Below, piece by piece: positions 19,172-28,577 of a stretch of DNA of 64,000 nucleotides; the first letter of the stretch is position 1, and every line of letters starts with the position of its first letter. Source of the stretch: Leptonemataceae bacterium (lineage in GTDB: Bacteria > Spirochaetota > Leptospiria > Leptospirales > Leptonemataceae). The stretch is taken from contig OZ245742.1 of the NCBI GenBank assembly GCA_965227295.1, forward strand, positions 3,904,001-3,968,000, written 5' to 3'. Made by a program: the position numbers and the translations under genes. The notes under the pieces are model-generated. The model saw only the letters and a list, made by a program, of their open reading frames with translations. It had not been told where the DNA came from and made no database searches.

Positions 19172-21469
19172 ATGAAGACATCCAACCCCATCTGGACCGA
19201 CAAACTCAAGGACGCCATGCCCGAGGACCTCGAGCAGCAGATCCACGCATTCGAAACCGAAATGCTTCTGCGCAAAGAGGGCAAGCTCGACGAAAAGCTC
19301 TTTGCCGAGAAGCGGCTGCGTCGCGGGGCCTACGGACAGCGCTACGACAACGGCCAGCGCCATGACGGTCACCAGTCCCGCAAGCTGAACTTCCCGTCCG
19401 TGGAACAGGGGCTCACCAAGGGTCCGGATACGGTCTGGGACGCTCCCGGCATGTTGCGTATTAAAATCCCGTGGGGCGGCATGGACGCGCCGCAGCTCGA
19501 GGTCATGGCCGATCTTGCGGAAGAGTACTCCGACGGCATCGGTCACATTACCACGCGCCAGGACTTTCAACTGCACTTCATTCACATCGAGGATACGCCG
19601 GCCATCATGCGTCGCCTGGCCGCCGTCGGTATCACCACCCAGGAAGCCTGCGGCAACTCCGTGCGCAACGTTACGGCCTGTCCGCGGGCCGGCTGTTGCC
19701 AGGAAGAAACCTTCGATGTCACGCCCCACGCCAAGGCACTCACGCATTTTTTTCTCGGTCACCACGACGTGCAGGACTTCGGCCGTAAGTTCAAGATCGC
19801 GTTCTCCGGTTGCAAACACAACGGCTGCGGCCTCACCGGCCTGCACGATCTGGGCCTCATTGCAAAAACGCAGACGGTGGACGGCAGAGAGCAACGCGGC
19901 TTCGAGTTTTATGTCGGCGGCGGCCTCGGTGCCGTGCCGCACCAGGCGAAGAAGATCTTCGACTTTGTAACCGAAGAAGAACTCCTGCCGTTGTCTCAGG
20001 CCGTATGCCGGGTTTTTGCAAGATTGGGCGAAAAGAAAAACCGCGCCCGGGCCCGCGTAAAATTCCTGGTCGCGAAACTCGGGGACGAGGAGTTTCGGAA
20101 ACTCGTCGAAGAAGAGCGCAAAATCATGCCCGCGGACCCGCGCTGGACCGCGTACCTGGACAACCTGGCAGGCTACCACACTGAAGGCCCGCTGGCGGAT
20201 CCGGGCTCGCTGAACGGCCACCGTCCGGCCGGTTTCGACGCCTTTCTGAAACACAACGTCTACACTCAGAAGCAGGACGGCTACGCCATCGTTACCGTTA
20301 AGTTGCCCCTGGGAGATATTACCGCGGCCCAACTGCGTGCCGTGGCCGACCTGTCCCGCAAATACATGAAAGAAACCGTTCGCACTACGGTGGAACAGAA
20401 CCTGGTGCTGCGCTGGGTCAGTCAGGCCGATCTGCCCGCCGTCTACGAAGAACTGGTGCGGGCCGGCCTCGCCGAGGCCGGGGCCGAGGGCATCACCGAT
20501 CTCGTGGCCTGCCCGGGAACGGATACCTGTAAGCTCGGCATCTCCGCTTCGCGCGGTCTCGTGGGTGAACTGCGCAAACGTTTCATGAGCGGCGATTTAG
20601 AGACGGACGAGGTCATCGAACGCCTGAAGATCAAAGTGAGCGGTTGCTTCAACTCGTGCTCGCAGCATCATGTGGCGGACCTGGGTTTCTACGGAGTCGC
20701 CCGCAAGGTCGGCAATCACACTGTACCGCACTTCCAGGTGGTCCTCGGCGGCCAGTGGGCAAACAACGCCGGGTCTTACGGCCTGCCCATCATGGCGGTG
20801 CCGTCCAAGCGCATCCCCGAAGTCGTGCGGCGCATGGCGACGAAGTACCGGGACGAACGCGATACGAGCGGCGGCCAGCCGGAAACGTTTCAGGCTTTCA
20901 TCAAACGCATCGGCAAGGCGAAAATCAAAGAGATGCTCATGGATCTCACCGAGGTACCCGCCTACGAAGAAGACCGCAGTCTGTACAGCGACTGGCGCGA
21001 TCCCCGGGAGTACACCACCGGGGACATGGGCATCGGCGAGTGCGCCGGCGAAGTCGTCTCGCGCATCGATATGGACCTGGCCGCGGCGGAGCGCGAGCTC
21101 TTCGAGGCGCAGGTTGCCCTGGACTCCGGCGAACACCAGAAGGCCGGGGAGATGGCTTACATTTCCATGGTGCACGCGGCGAAGGGCCTGGTGAAACTGA
21201 GCTGGCTCGACGTGCCGGAGGATCCGGACGTCATCACCGAGCAGTTCCGCAAAAAGTTCTACGATACGAAGTACTTCTTCGATCCCTACGCCGGCGGCAA
21301 GTTCGCGCACTATTACTTCGCGGCCCACGAGGCGGCGCCGGAAAAATTCACGGAAGAAACGGCCCATCACCGCGTGGAAGAAGCCGGCCTCTTCATCGAG
21401 GCAAGCCATAGCTGCAACGCCCGCATGGGAGACGAGGCCATCGCGAATCTCACGGCCGCGGTAACCTGA
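19172..21469 (+). CDS. Nitrite/sulfite reductase (siroheme-[4Fe-4S]) with a C-terminal HEPN-like extension
   Basis: GAYGQR, MLRIKIP, HITTRQDFQLH, ACGNSVRNVTAC, RKFKIAFSGC and Fe-S/siroheme cysteines ACPGTDTC...SGCFNSC. Confidence 0.93.
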   Translation: MKTSNPIWTDKLKDAMPEDLEQQIHAFETEMLLRKEGKLDEKLFAEKRLRRGAYGQRYDNGQRHDGHQSRKLNFPSVEQGLTKGPDTVWDAPGMLRIKIPWGGMDAPQLEVMADLAEEYSDGIGHITTRQDFQLHFIHIEDTPAIMRRLAAVGITTQEACGNSVRNVTACPRAGCCQEETFDVTPHAKALTHFFLGHHDVQDFGRKFKIAFSGCKHNGCGLTGLHDLGLIAKTQTVDGREQRGFEFYVGGGLGAVPHQAKKIFDFVTEEELLPLSQAVCRVFARLGEKKNRARARVKFLVAKLGDEEFRKLVEEERKIMPADPRWTAYLDNLAGYHTEGPLADPGSLNGHRPAGFDAFLKHNVYTQKQDGYAIVTVKLPLGDITAAQLRAVADLSRKYMKETVRTTVEQNLVLRWVSQADLPAVYEELVRAGLAEAGAEGITDLVACPGTDTCKLGISASRGLVGELRKRFMSGDLETDEVIERLKIKVSGCFNSCSQHHVADLGFYGVARKVGNHTVPHFQVVLGGQWANNAGSYGLPIMAVPSKRIPEVVRRMATKYRDERDTSGGQPETFQAFIKRIGKAKIKEMLMDLTEVPAYEEDRSLYSDWRDPREYTTGDMGIGECAGEVVSRIDMDLAAAERELFEAQVALDSGEHQKAGEMAYISMVHAAKGLVKLSWLDVPEDPDVITEQFRKKFYDTKYFFDPYAGGKFAHYYFAAHEAAPEKFTEETAHHRVEEAGLFIEASHSCNARMGDEAIANLTAAVT

Positions 21470-21494
21470 ATTCAACACAAGTTAGCAAGATACA

Positions 21495-22073
21495 ATGGAA
21501 CTACAACACGTTAACGTAAAAATCTACGCCTCCACCCCGGAGGCGGTGTCCCTGGAAGAGGCCATCCTCATCTTCCATCGCTGGATCCAGAACGATTTGG
21601 TCGAAGAGATGCTCATCGACGTCGCCGATTACCAGCACGTTCCGGCGGGCCCGGGCGTCCTGTTGATCGGCCACGAGGGCGCGTACAGCCTGGACCTCGG
21701 GCCGGAGAGTCGTCCGGGGCTGCTCTACAATGTAAAGATCAAACGCGACGGCGATAACGTGGAACGCTTGAGCCACGCTTTGCGTCAGGCGTTGAAGGCC
21801 TGCGCGCTGCTGGAACAGGACGAACTGTGGGCGGGCAAAGTCAGTTTCAATGCCGGCGATGCGCGCATCCTCGTGAACGATCGCGGCGTGCTGGAGAATA
21901 CACCGGAGGCATTCGCCGCGGTGAAAGGCGATCTCGAAAGTGCGCTGAAAAACTTCTACGGCGATCGTGCATTCGCGCTGAACTACGAGCAGGGCGATCC
22001 GCGGCAGCGATTCCAGGTGACGGTGAGCACGGACGTGCCGGTGAGTGTAAAGGATCTTGCGGCGGCCGTTTAA
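21495..22073 (+). CDS. Hypothetical protein downstream of the nitrite/sulfite reductase
   Basis: 192 aa, 25 bp after the reductase stop; FHRWIQ and LIDVADY.HV..GPGVLLIGHE motifs. Confidence 0.8.
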   Translation: MELQHVNVKIYASTPEAVSLEEAILIFHRWIQNDLVEEMLIDVADYQHVPAGPGVLLIGHEGAYSLDLGPESRPGLLYNVKIKRDGDNVERLSHALRQALKACALLEQDELWAGKVSFNAGDARILVNDRGVLENTPEAFAAVKGDLESALKNFYGDRAFALNYEQGDPRQRFQVTVSTDVPVSVKDLAAAV

Positions 22074-22842
22074 TCCACGGAACCACTGCGGCGCGCCCGG
22101 CGTCCTGCTGGTTGTCCTTTTGTTCGTCGCGGGCGTTAACTCACTCACAGCAGCACCTTACAAAACCATCGAGTTCGCTTCCCTCGACGGCCTGCGCATT
22201 ACCGCGGATCTCTATCACGACGGCGACGCGCATAAACCGCTGATCCTGCTCTTCCATCAGGCCCGCTACAGCCGCGGCGAGTACATTCCCATCGCGCCGA
22301 AGTTACAGGCGTCGGGCTTCAACGCCCTGGCGATCGATCAACGTTCCGGACGCGGGGTGCGCGGAGTGCGCAATCGAACGGCGGAGCGAGCCGTGGCCCA
22401 GAACCGCGGCACGGAGTACCTCGACGCGGAGCAGGACTTGCGTGCGGCGATCGCGTACGTTCGCGATCAAAAACTCGCCGCGGGCAAGGTGATTCTCTGG
22501 GGCAGTTCGTATTCGGCGTCCCTCGTCCTGAAGATCGCGGGGGAGGGCGTGCGCGTGGACGGTGTGGTTGCGTTCTCGCCGGGAGAATACTTTCAATGGA
22601 AGGACGCGGACTACATTAAGGCCCACGCAGTAAGTATTAAGCTGCCCGTCTGGATTACCTGCACGCGCTCCGAAGTTGCGGAGGTCCGCGCCATCGTAAA
22701 AGTGATTCCGGGCGATGCGGTGCTGTGGCTGCCGGAGAGTTCCGCCGGTGTCCACGGTTCGAAGGCGCTGTGGGAATCCGGCGTCGCGCGCGAAGAAACC
22801 TGGACGGCGCTTGCGGCGTTCCTCAATCGATTTGTTAATTAA
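22057..22842 (+). CDS. Secreted alpha/beta hydrolase (dienelactone hydrolase-like)
   Basis: DGLRITADLY, LLFHQA..SRGEY, AIDQRSG, WGSSYSAS nucleophile elbow, FSPGEYF and HGSKALW motifs; start uncertain. Confidence 0.85.
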   Translation: MRRPFNPRNHCGAPGVLLVVLLFVAGVNSLTAAPYKTIEFASLDGLRITADLYHDGDAHKPLILLFHQARYSRGEYIPIAPKLQASGFNALAIDQRSGRGVRGVRNRTAERAVAQNRGTEYLDAEQDLRAAIAYVRDQKLAAGKVILWGSSYSASLVLKIAGEGVRVDGVVAFSPGEYFQWKDADYIKAHAVSIKLPVWITCTRSEVAEVRAIVKVIPGDAVLWLPESSAGVHGSKALWESGVAREETWTALAAFLNRFVN

Positions 22843-22844
22843 GT

Positions 22845-23993
22845 ATGATTCAACGTGCCTTAGCGATTCTCGGCGCCGGCCTGCTTTCGATATCCTGCTC
22901 GGCCTTTACGTTCAGTCGGAACATCATTCCCGAAGGACCGGACCGCCTGCGCCTGGTCGCCGTGGGCGACGTGCAGCACGACTACGCCGGCGGCCTGCGC
23001 GATTGGTTCGAGAAACTCGGCCGCGACAAGTACACACCGACGCGGCACATCATCCAGGCCGCCGACCTGGCGTTCGCGAACCTGGAAAGTCCGTACACCG
23101 ATCGCGCGCCCGTCGTGCAAAAGCAATTCGCGTTCGCCACCCATCCCCAGGAGTTCGACCATCTGCTGTGGGCCGGCTTTAATCTGTTCAGTCTCGCAAA
23201 CAATCACTCCCACGACGCCGGAGTGGGAGGCATCACGGACACGCTGGACCTCATGCAACGCAAACATAATGCCGGCGCGCCGATCGTCTGGGGCGGCACG
23301 GGACGCACGCCGGAAGAGGCGATACTGCCGCGCGTGTTCGTCGCAAACGGCCGGCGGGCGGACGGCAAACCCGTATCGTTTCGCACGGCGTTTTTTGCGT
23401 TCGGCAATGTTACGCATCCGTTGGTGAACACCTTCGAACTGGAGCGGGCAGTCGCGGAGATTGCGGAGCTGCGCGCGACGCATCCGGACATTGAGTTGAT
23501 CATCGTTTCGGTGCATCACGGCGCCGAGTACACTCACGTGCCCGGCGATTATTTTCAGTACGCCTACCGTTCACTCATCGACGCCGGCGCCACGATCGTC
23601 CTCGGTCATCACCCGCACGTGATTCAGAGCATCGAGAAACACGGGAAGGGCCTGATCTTTTATTCCCTCGGTAACTTTTCTTTCGGCAGCATTACGTCGC
23701 GGCACCTGCAGGCCGGGGCGAAGTTGCACGGAATCATTGCACAGATAGAATTCGAACGTCGGGCCAGCGGCGTGGTGCCCGCGGAGTTGGTGTTGTATCC
23801 CCTGAACCTGGATAATCGCTATCCGTTGCAGGTGGACGGCCAGGTGCTTGAGCCGGATCCGTTCGTCCCGCGGGTGGTGGAGCAGCCGTTTGCAGGACAC
23901 ATTCTGCGGAACGTGCAGGGTTGGTGCGAGGCACTGCGTGGCAATGAGTTGAAGTTAGTGATTGAGGGCAACATCGCCCGGGCGGTGTTGTAG
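22845..23993 (+). CDS. CapA (PGA_cap) family metallophosphoesterase lipoprotein
   Basis: AVGD, ANLESP, SLANNHSHD.G, SVHHG.EY, GHHPHVIQ and FYSLGNF motifs; lipobox-like LLSISC. Confidence 0.9.
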   Translation: MIQRALAILGAGLLSISCSAFTFSRNIIPEGPDRLRLVAVGDVQHDYAGGLRDWFEKLGRDKYTPTRHIIQAADLAFANLESPYTDRAPVVQKQFAFATHPQEFDHLLWAGFNLFSLANNHSHDAGVGGITDTLDLMQRKHNAGAPIVWGGTGRTPEEAILPRVFVANGRRADGKPVSFRTAFFAFGNVTHPLVNTFELERAVAEIAELRATHPDIELIIVSVHHGAEYTHVPGDYFQYAYRSLIDAGATIVLGHHPHVIQSIEKHGKGLIFYSLGNFSFGSITSRHLQAGAKLHGIIAQIEFERRASGVVPAELVLYPLNLDNRYPLQVDGQVLEPDPFVPRVVEQPFAGHILRNVQGWCEALRGNELKLVIEGNIARAVL

Positions 23994-24021
23994 GATGATT
24001 TCACCACCGAGAGATGCCGGT

Positions 24022-24621
24022 ATGCCCCGGAAAAAACGCGAGTACATCGACGAACCCCACCAGGTCGCACAGGAATACTATGACATCCTGGAGAAAGCGG
24101 AGAAGCTAAGCGCGCAGCAAGTCGAAAAGTCGCTCCGTAAGCTTATCCTGAAAGATGCAGAGTTCCTGGATTCGTACTCATTGCTGCATGAAATCCTGGA
24201 TGACGCGGAGCGTTTCGACGAGGCCGAAAAGATTCTCGACCGCGCTTTCGGCAAGGCGCTGGAGATGATCCTCGATAAAAATGGGCAGTGGCCGGATTCC
24301 CTGGAGTGGGGCTGGCACGAGAACCGCCACATCATTCGCGCCTTACTGAAGAAGGCCGTGGGGCTCTGGATGAAGTATGAAAATGTCCTCGCCCTCGATT
24401 TGCTCAAAAAATTGCTCAAGACCAACCCGAACGACAACATCGGTGCCAGGAACTACATCCTCGCCATCCGCATGGGCATGGACTTCGATGACTTCGAAGA
24501 CCGATTCCGTGAGGGCATGGGTTACGGGATGAAACTCGTGAAATGGTTTGATAAGAATCATCCGAAGTATCCCGACGATTTCTCTGAATGGGTCGAGTGG
24601 CAGAATGCTATGTTGAGCTGA
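24022..24621 (+). CDS. TPR-like helical protein
   Basis: WGWHENRHIIRAL and LLKTNPNDNIGARNY motifs typical of bacterial TPR-like proteins; start at the ATG at 24022. Confidence 0.75.
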   Translation: MPRKKREYIDEPHQVAQEYYDILEKAEKLSAQQVEKSLRKLILKDAEFLDSYSLLHEILDDAERFDEAEKILDRAFGKALEMILDKNGQWPDSLEWGWHENRHIIRALLKKAVGLWMKYENVLALDLLKKLLKTNPNDNIGARNYILAIRMGMDFDDFEDRFREGMGYGMKLVKWFDKNHPKYPDDFSEWVEWQNAMLS

Positions 24622-24784
24622 CCGTCGCATTAGGTGATGATTGGCCATTCGGCGTCCTCTAATTTGAGGAACGCTGCCTTCACGTGAAGCGAGACCGGCC
24701 CGGGTCTCCGGTTGCAATCGGCTACGTTGTGTAGTATACTCTGCACCGTTTTCGTTCGCGCGAAAGCACCAGTTGGAGCATACT

Positions 24785-27700
24785 ATGCAGCCGAATCACT
24801 TCGCCTATTGTCAAAAAATTATTCACCATCGCAGAATTCTATTCGTCTGCGCCGCGCTGGCGGTCTGCTTCGCGCTGCCCATGCAGGCAGTCCGCACGCA
24901 ACCGGTTCCGGTCGCCCCCCTCGATGCGCCAGATTTCGATCGCGCCGCCTTCGATGGCTACTTTCGCGCGGCGCAGCAAAGCAACAGTCAGGCCGGATGG
25001 GAAGAGATTGTCCGCGATGGCAAAATCGCACTCATGGCCGACTGGGAGCTCGCCGCAGACCTTAAGATTGAGGAGCAGGTTGTCGGTGCGACCCGATCGG
25101 ACGCGTACATCAATAATCCGGGTTACATCGACTATCTTCGCAAGACTCTGCTTCTGGAAAAAGAGAAGGCCTTTGCGGAGTGGGAACTGGCCGCGGATGT
25201 TGCGATCCAGAACGAACGTTTGCCGTTCCTCGAACAACTGGCATCAGAGCAGACTACCCGGGCGGATGCGGGCCTGGACCGCGATCTGCGCCGGGGCGAT
25301 CGTGACGCCGGCCAGGGCGATGCGGACGCTGTAAATCGGACCTCAGAGAACTGGAGCGCGCGGTACCGTAAGGCCATCGCCGACGGACTGGCGGCCTATG
25401 ACGCAGCCCTGGAAAACGCTCAGGCCGAGCACGATACCATCGTGGCGTCTCTGGATGCCGCCGAGGCGCGCTTTCAGGAAAACCTGCGCACCATCGAAGG
25501 CTACGAACAGATCGTCCGCGATAATATCCGGACCTCCGTCGGCGGCATGCGCACGTATCTTGAAACGAACGGACTCTTTTATGACGAAGACGACCAACTG
25601 AACGATGCGGGGCTGGAGTTGCAGGATCTAATCGCATCCGTCGAGAACGGTCTGAATAACGATGTCCCCCTTTCACAACTTGCGACCGAAATGCGCGACT
25701 ATATGGACCGGCAAAAAGAACAGGCCGAACTGACCCAACAGGAATGGGCGGCAGACATCAGCGGTCATCGTGATATGGCCGCCTTTAACGTGAGTCTGAA
25801 CGGCGAGGGAGAAAGCGCGATTCATAACATCACGGAAATTATTGCCCTGCATGACCTGCACACGTACGGTCTCGCCGCGGGCATGCACGACGTCATTCGC
25901 GCCCGCAGCGGTGAGACGCGGAACATCACGAGCGTGTCCGCGGACGGCGTGGCATGGAGTTCCAACTACGCGCCCTGTCCGCTGACTTACAGTTCCGGGC
26001 GGAGCGGCGAATCTTATTCGTCGGCTGGAAGCGGCTCGTTAACTTTCGATGCGACCTGCATAGGCGGGGCCTTCAGTGTTCCCGTGTGGGTCACCGAAGC
26101 ACATAGCGAACACGAAATGCGGCTGACGATCTCTTACGATTGGCATGATCCGATTGCCGAAGACAACGCAAACACCTGGCAGGGTTATGTGGACGCGCTT
26201 GCCCCGGTCCTCGCCGAATGGGAAAACGATATCGTGCCGGCCATCGGTACCTGGGAGGCGCAGGTCGAGCTGTTTCGTGCGGACCATGCGGCCTGGCAGG
26301 AGGATGCGGCGGAGCAACGCGCGCGTGCCGATGCGGAACTCGCGGCACGAACGAGCGCGATCAACGCGGATCGCAGTCGCTGGCTGGCGCGCATGGAATC
26401 CAGTTATCGCCGCGGTGAACTGCAATGGCAAAACCTGCAGGTGACGGCGCAAAGCAACGCTGAAGCCATGCTCGCGGCACCGACAGCGAAGGCGAGGGCG
26501 AGTGCAGACAACAGTGTACCGGCATTCGCGGCCGCAAGCGCATCCGCCAGTGCGGCGGCCTCCGTGCCGGTGAGCGCGGCGAGTCCGGCCCTGCCGGACT
26601 TCAGCCTGCTTGCGAACTTCTCGAGTGAGTATCAGACCTCCCTGGGCGGTATGCAGAACACGGCCCTGGCTTCCGCCATGAACGAGCAAGCGCGGGATTC
26701 CCAGGCGGATGCGTCCCATGAGCTGGAGGCGCTGGCGGAGAGCGTCGGTTTCGAAACGGACGTACTGGACGACGGCACAATCCGGGCCACTCGCCGGATC
26801 GCGAGCGGACGGGCACGCCTCCGTGAAGGCGGAGACGCTACCAACGTGAACGACTACGAGGCCGAACAAACGGATCAGGTCCTGGATTTCGCCGCGCCCC
26901 AGGCCGTACGCCTGGCCGAAACCGGCAACCTGTTCAATCACTGGGATACGGCCCAGGTGCAGGACGATTTCGCCGCGAACTCGCAGGATTTCGGCGCATC
27001 CATGCAGGCAAAGTTCGACGAGTCGACGGAGATGCTTGAGACCGCCAACGAGTTCGCGACGCATCGCCAGGAGATGTTTCAACAGAACGCCCTGGCTCAG
27101 GCTTCGGAAGCACAGATGCTCCGCAGCATTGCGCAGAGCATGCTGGGCGGAGCGAATTTCCAGCAGGCCCTGGAAGCATACATGCAGGACCAGGTGGACG
27201 GTGCGGTTTTTTCCGAGATCAGCGCTCTCACCGGCGGTGACGGCCTCATGAGTTCGGTTTTGCGCGGACTTTACCTCGGCATGAACACGCAACAGATCAT
27301 TATGGACACCGCCACCGAGGCGTTCACGACTATGATCGCGCAGGCAACCGGGTTGCCGTCCGGATTGGTCTACGGTTTCGTAAACACCCGCGTACGCTCG
27401 GCGTTCCGGCCGAATCGAGACAACAGCTTCGTCGAAGCGGTACTTACGGATCCGCTGTACATGAGCATCAATATGGCGCAGAGCGCCATTGATCTATCGG
27501 TGGGAGCGGTCTACAATACCGTCACCGGCCGGCCGACGTTCCCGACCTATTCCTATCAGGATGGTGCGATCATTACCGAGAATTCGGGCACGGCAAACTG
27601 GCATAGCGATACCAATCAAGGCGATGGTTTCGCTATTGGACCTTTTATCTATGTCGAGAACAACCCCGACCAGGCATTGATGGACCACGAGATGGCCCAC

Positions 27701-28096
27701 GTGGATCAGTACTATGACCTCGGACCATATCGCCTCGCATCCATGGCGACAGGGCCCGACAGTTACGATGTCGAGCATGACGCCGACAACCGTGCCGGAA
27801 CGTACTCCTACGAACAACGTATCGCCCGGGAAATGGGATTGCTGACCGCAAACTTCGCCGAAGAACTCCGGCGGATCAAACATGATCCGAACTTGACCCT
27901 GACGGAAAAGTATACTGCCCGCCGGGCGGCCTATGAACGTGTGGTCGCGAAGATCAATAACTTCTTGTTGTATTGTTATACTTACGGCGACAACTGTCAC
28001 GGCACTGTGATCGACAAGGCCCAACTTGTCATCAAGCATCTCTATGAGAGTCCCGCCCTTGAGCCCAACTCGTCCACATCAATGGTGAATCCATGA
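24785..28096 (+). CDS. Large secreted protein, TIGR04388-like, with a C-terminal HExxH metallopeptidase-like domain
   Basis: GGAG RBS then ATG at 24785; signal peptide; N-terminal QPVPVAPLDAPDF...WEEIV and coiled-coil blocks resembling Leptospira TIGR04388 proteins (from recall); HEMAH at 27686-27700. Confidence 0.7.
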   Translation: MQPNHFAYCQKIIHHRRILFVCAALAVCFALPMQAVRTQPVPVAPLDAPDFDRAAFDGYFRAAQQSNSQAGWEEIVRDGKIALMADWELAADLKIEEQVVGATRSDAYINNPGYIDYLRKTLLLEKEKAFAEWELAADVAIQNERLPFLEQLASEQTTRADAGLDRDLRRGDRDAGQGDADAVNRTSENWSARYRKAIADGLAAYDAALENAQAEHDTIVASLDAAEARFQENLRTIEGYEQIVRDNIRTSVGGMRTYLETNGLFYDEDDQLNDAGLELQDLIASVENGLNNDVPLSQLATEMRDYMDRQKEQAELTQQEWAADISGHRDMAAFNVSLNGEGESAIHNITEIIALHDLHTYGLAAGMHDVIRARSGETRNITSVSADGVAWSSNYAPCPLTYSSGRSGESYSSAGSGSLTFDATCIGGAFSVPVWVTEAHSEHEMRLTISYDWHDPIAEDNANTWQGYVDALAPVLAEWENDIVPAIGTWEAQVELFRADHAAWQEDAAEQRARADAELAARTSAINADRSRWLARMESSYRRGELQWQNLQVTAQSNAEAMLAAPTAKARASADNSVPAFAAASASASAAASVPVSAASPALPDFSLLANFSSEYQTSLGGMQNTALASAMNEQARDSQADASHELEALAESVGFETDVLDDGTIRATRRIASGRARLREGGDATNVNDYEAEQTDQVLDFAAPQAVRLAETGNLFNHWDTAQVQDDFAANSQDFGASMQAKFDESTEMLETANEFATHRQEMFQQNALAQASEAQMLRSIAQSMLGGANFQQALEAYMQDQVDGAVFSEISALTGGDGLMSSVLRGLYLGMNTQQIIMDTATEAFTTMIAQATGLPSGLVYGFVNTRVRSAFRPNRDNSFVEAVLTDPLYMSINMAQSAIDLSVGAVYNTVTGRPTFPTYSYQDGAIITENSGTANWHSDTNQGDGFAIGPFIYVENNPDQALMDHEMAHVDQYYDLGPYRLASMATGPDSYDVEHDADNRAGTYSYEQRIAREMGLLTANFAEELRRIKHDPNLTLTEKYTARRAAYERVVAKINNFLLYCYTYGDNCHGTVIDKAQLVIKHLYESPALEPNSSTSMVNP

Positions 28097-28563
28097 CGGA
28101 CGGCCACGCGCCGGGACAAACCGAAGAGTTTCGGTACGCCGGATTCGTTCTTCGGGCACTGGCCCTGCTGATCGATCTGACGATCGTGTTTGCACTCGGC
28201 AGCGCTTTTGCGTTCCTGCTCGTGGTGCTGCATGCGGCGGCCGGTTTCGCCCGGCACGAATCGTTCGTACCCGGCTTGCCGCTGCCCGTCTTGAGATTGT
28301 TTTGGCCGCCGCTCTTTGCCTGGTTGATGTTTACGATCGGTGAGTCGTCGGCCTGGCAGGGCTCGCCGGGGAAACGTATCCTGGGCATACGCGTGATTCG
28401 TGCGGCAGGCGGGCGCATCGGTTTCCTGCGGGCGAACGTGCGCTTCTTTGCGAAGATTCTCTCGGCCCTGCCGTTGTGCGCGGGCTTTCTCGCGGTGTTG
28501 TTTACGAAAAATAAACAGGCCCTGCACGATCGCCTGGCCGGCACGCACGTGATTGCGGCATGA
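28093..28563 (+). CDS. RDD family membrane protein
   Basis: YAGF.LR.LA.LID, QGSPGKRILGIRV and KQALHDRLAGTHV motifs; ATGA overlap with the upstream stop. Confidence 0.92.
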   Translation: MTDGHAPGQTEEFRYAGFVLRALALLIDLTIVFALGSAFAFLLVVLHAAAGFARHESFVPGLPLPVLRLFWPPLFAWLMFTIGESSAWQGSPGKRILGIRVIRAAGGRIGFLRANVRFFAKILSALPLCAGFLAVLFTKNKQALHDRLAGTHVIAA

Positions 28564-28577
28564 GCAGAGCCGCTCCA

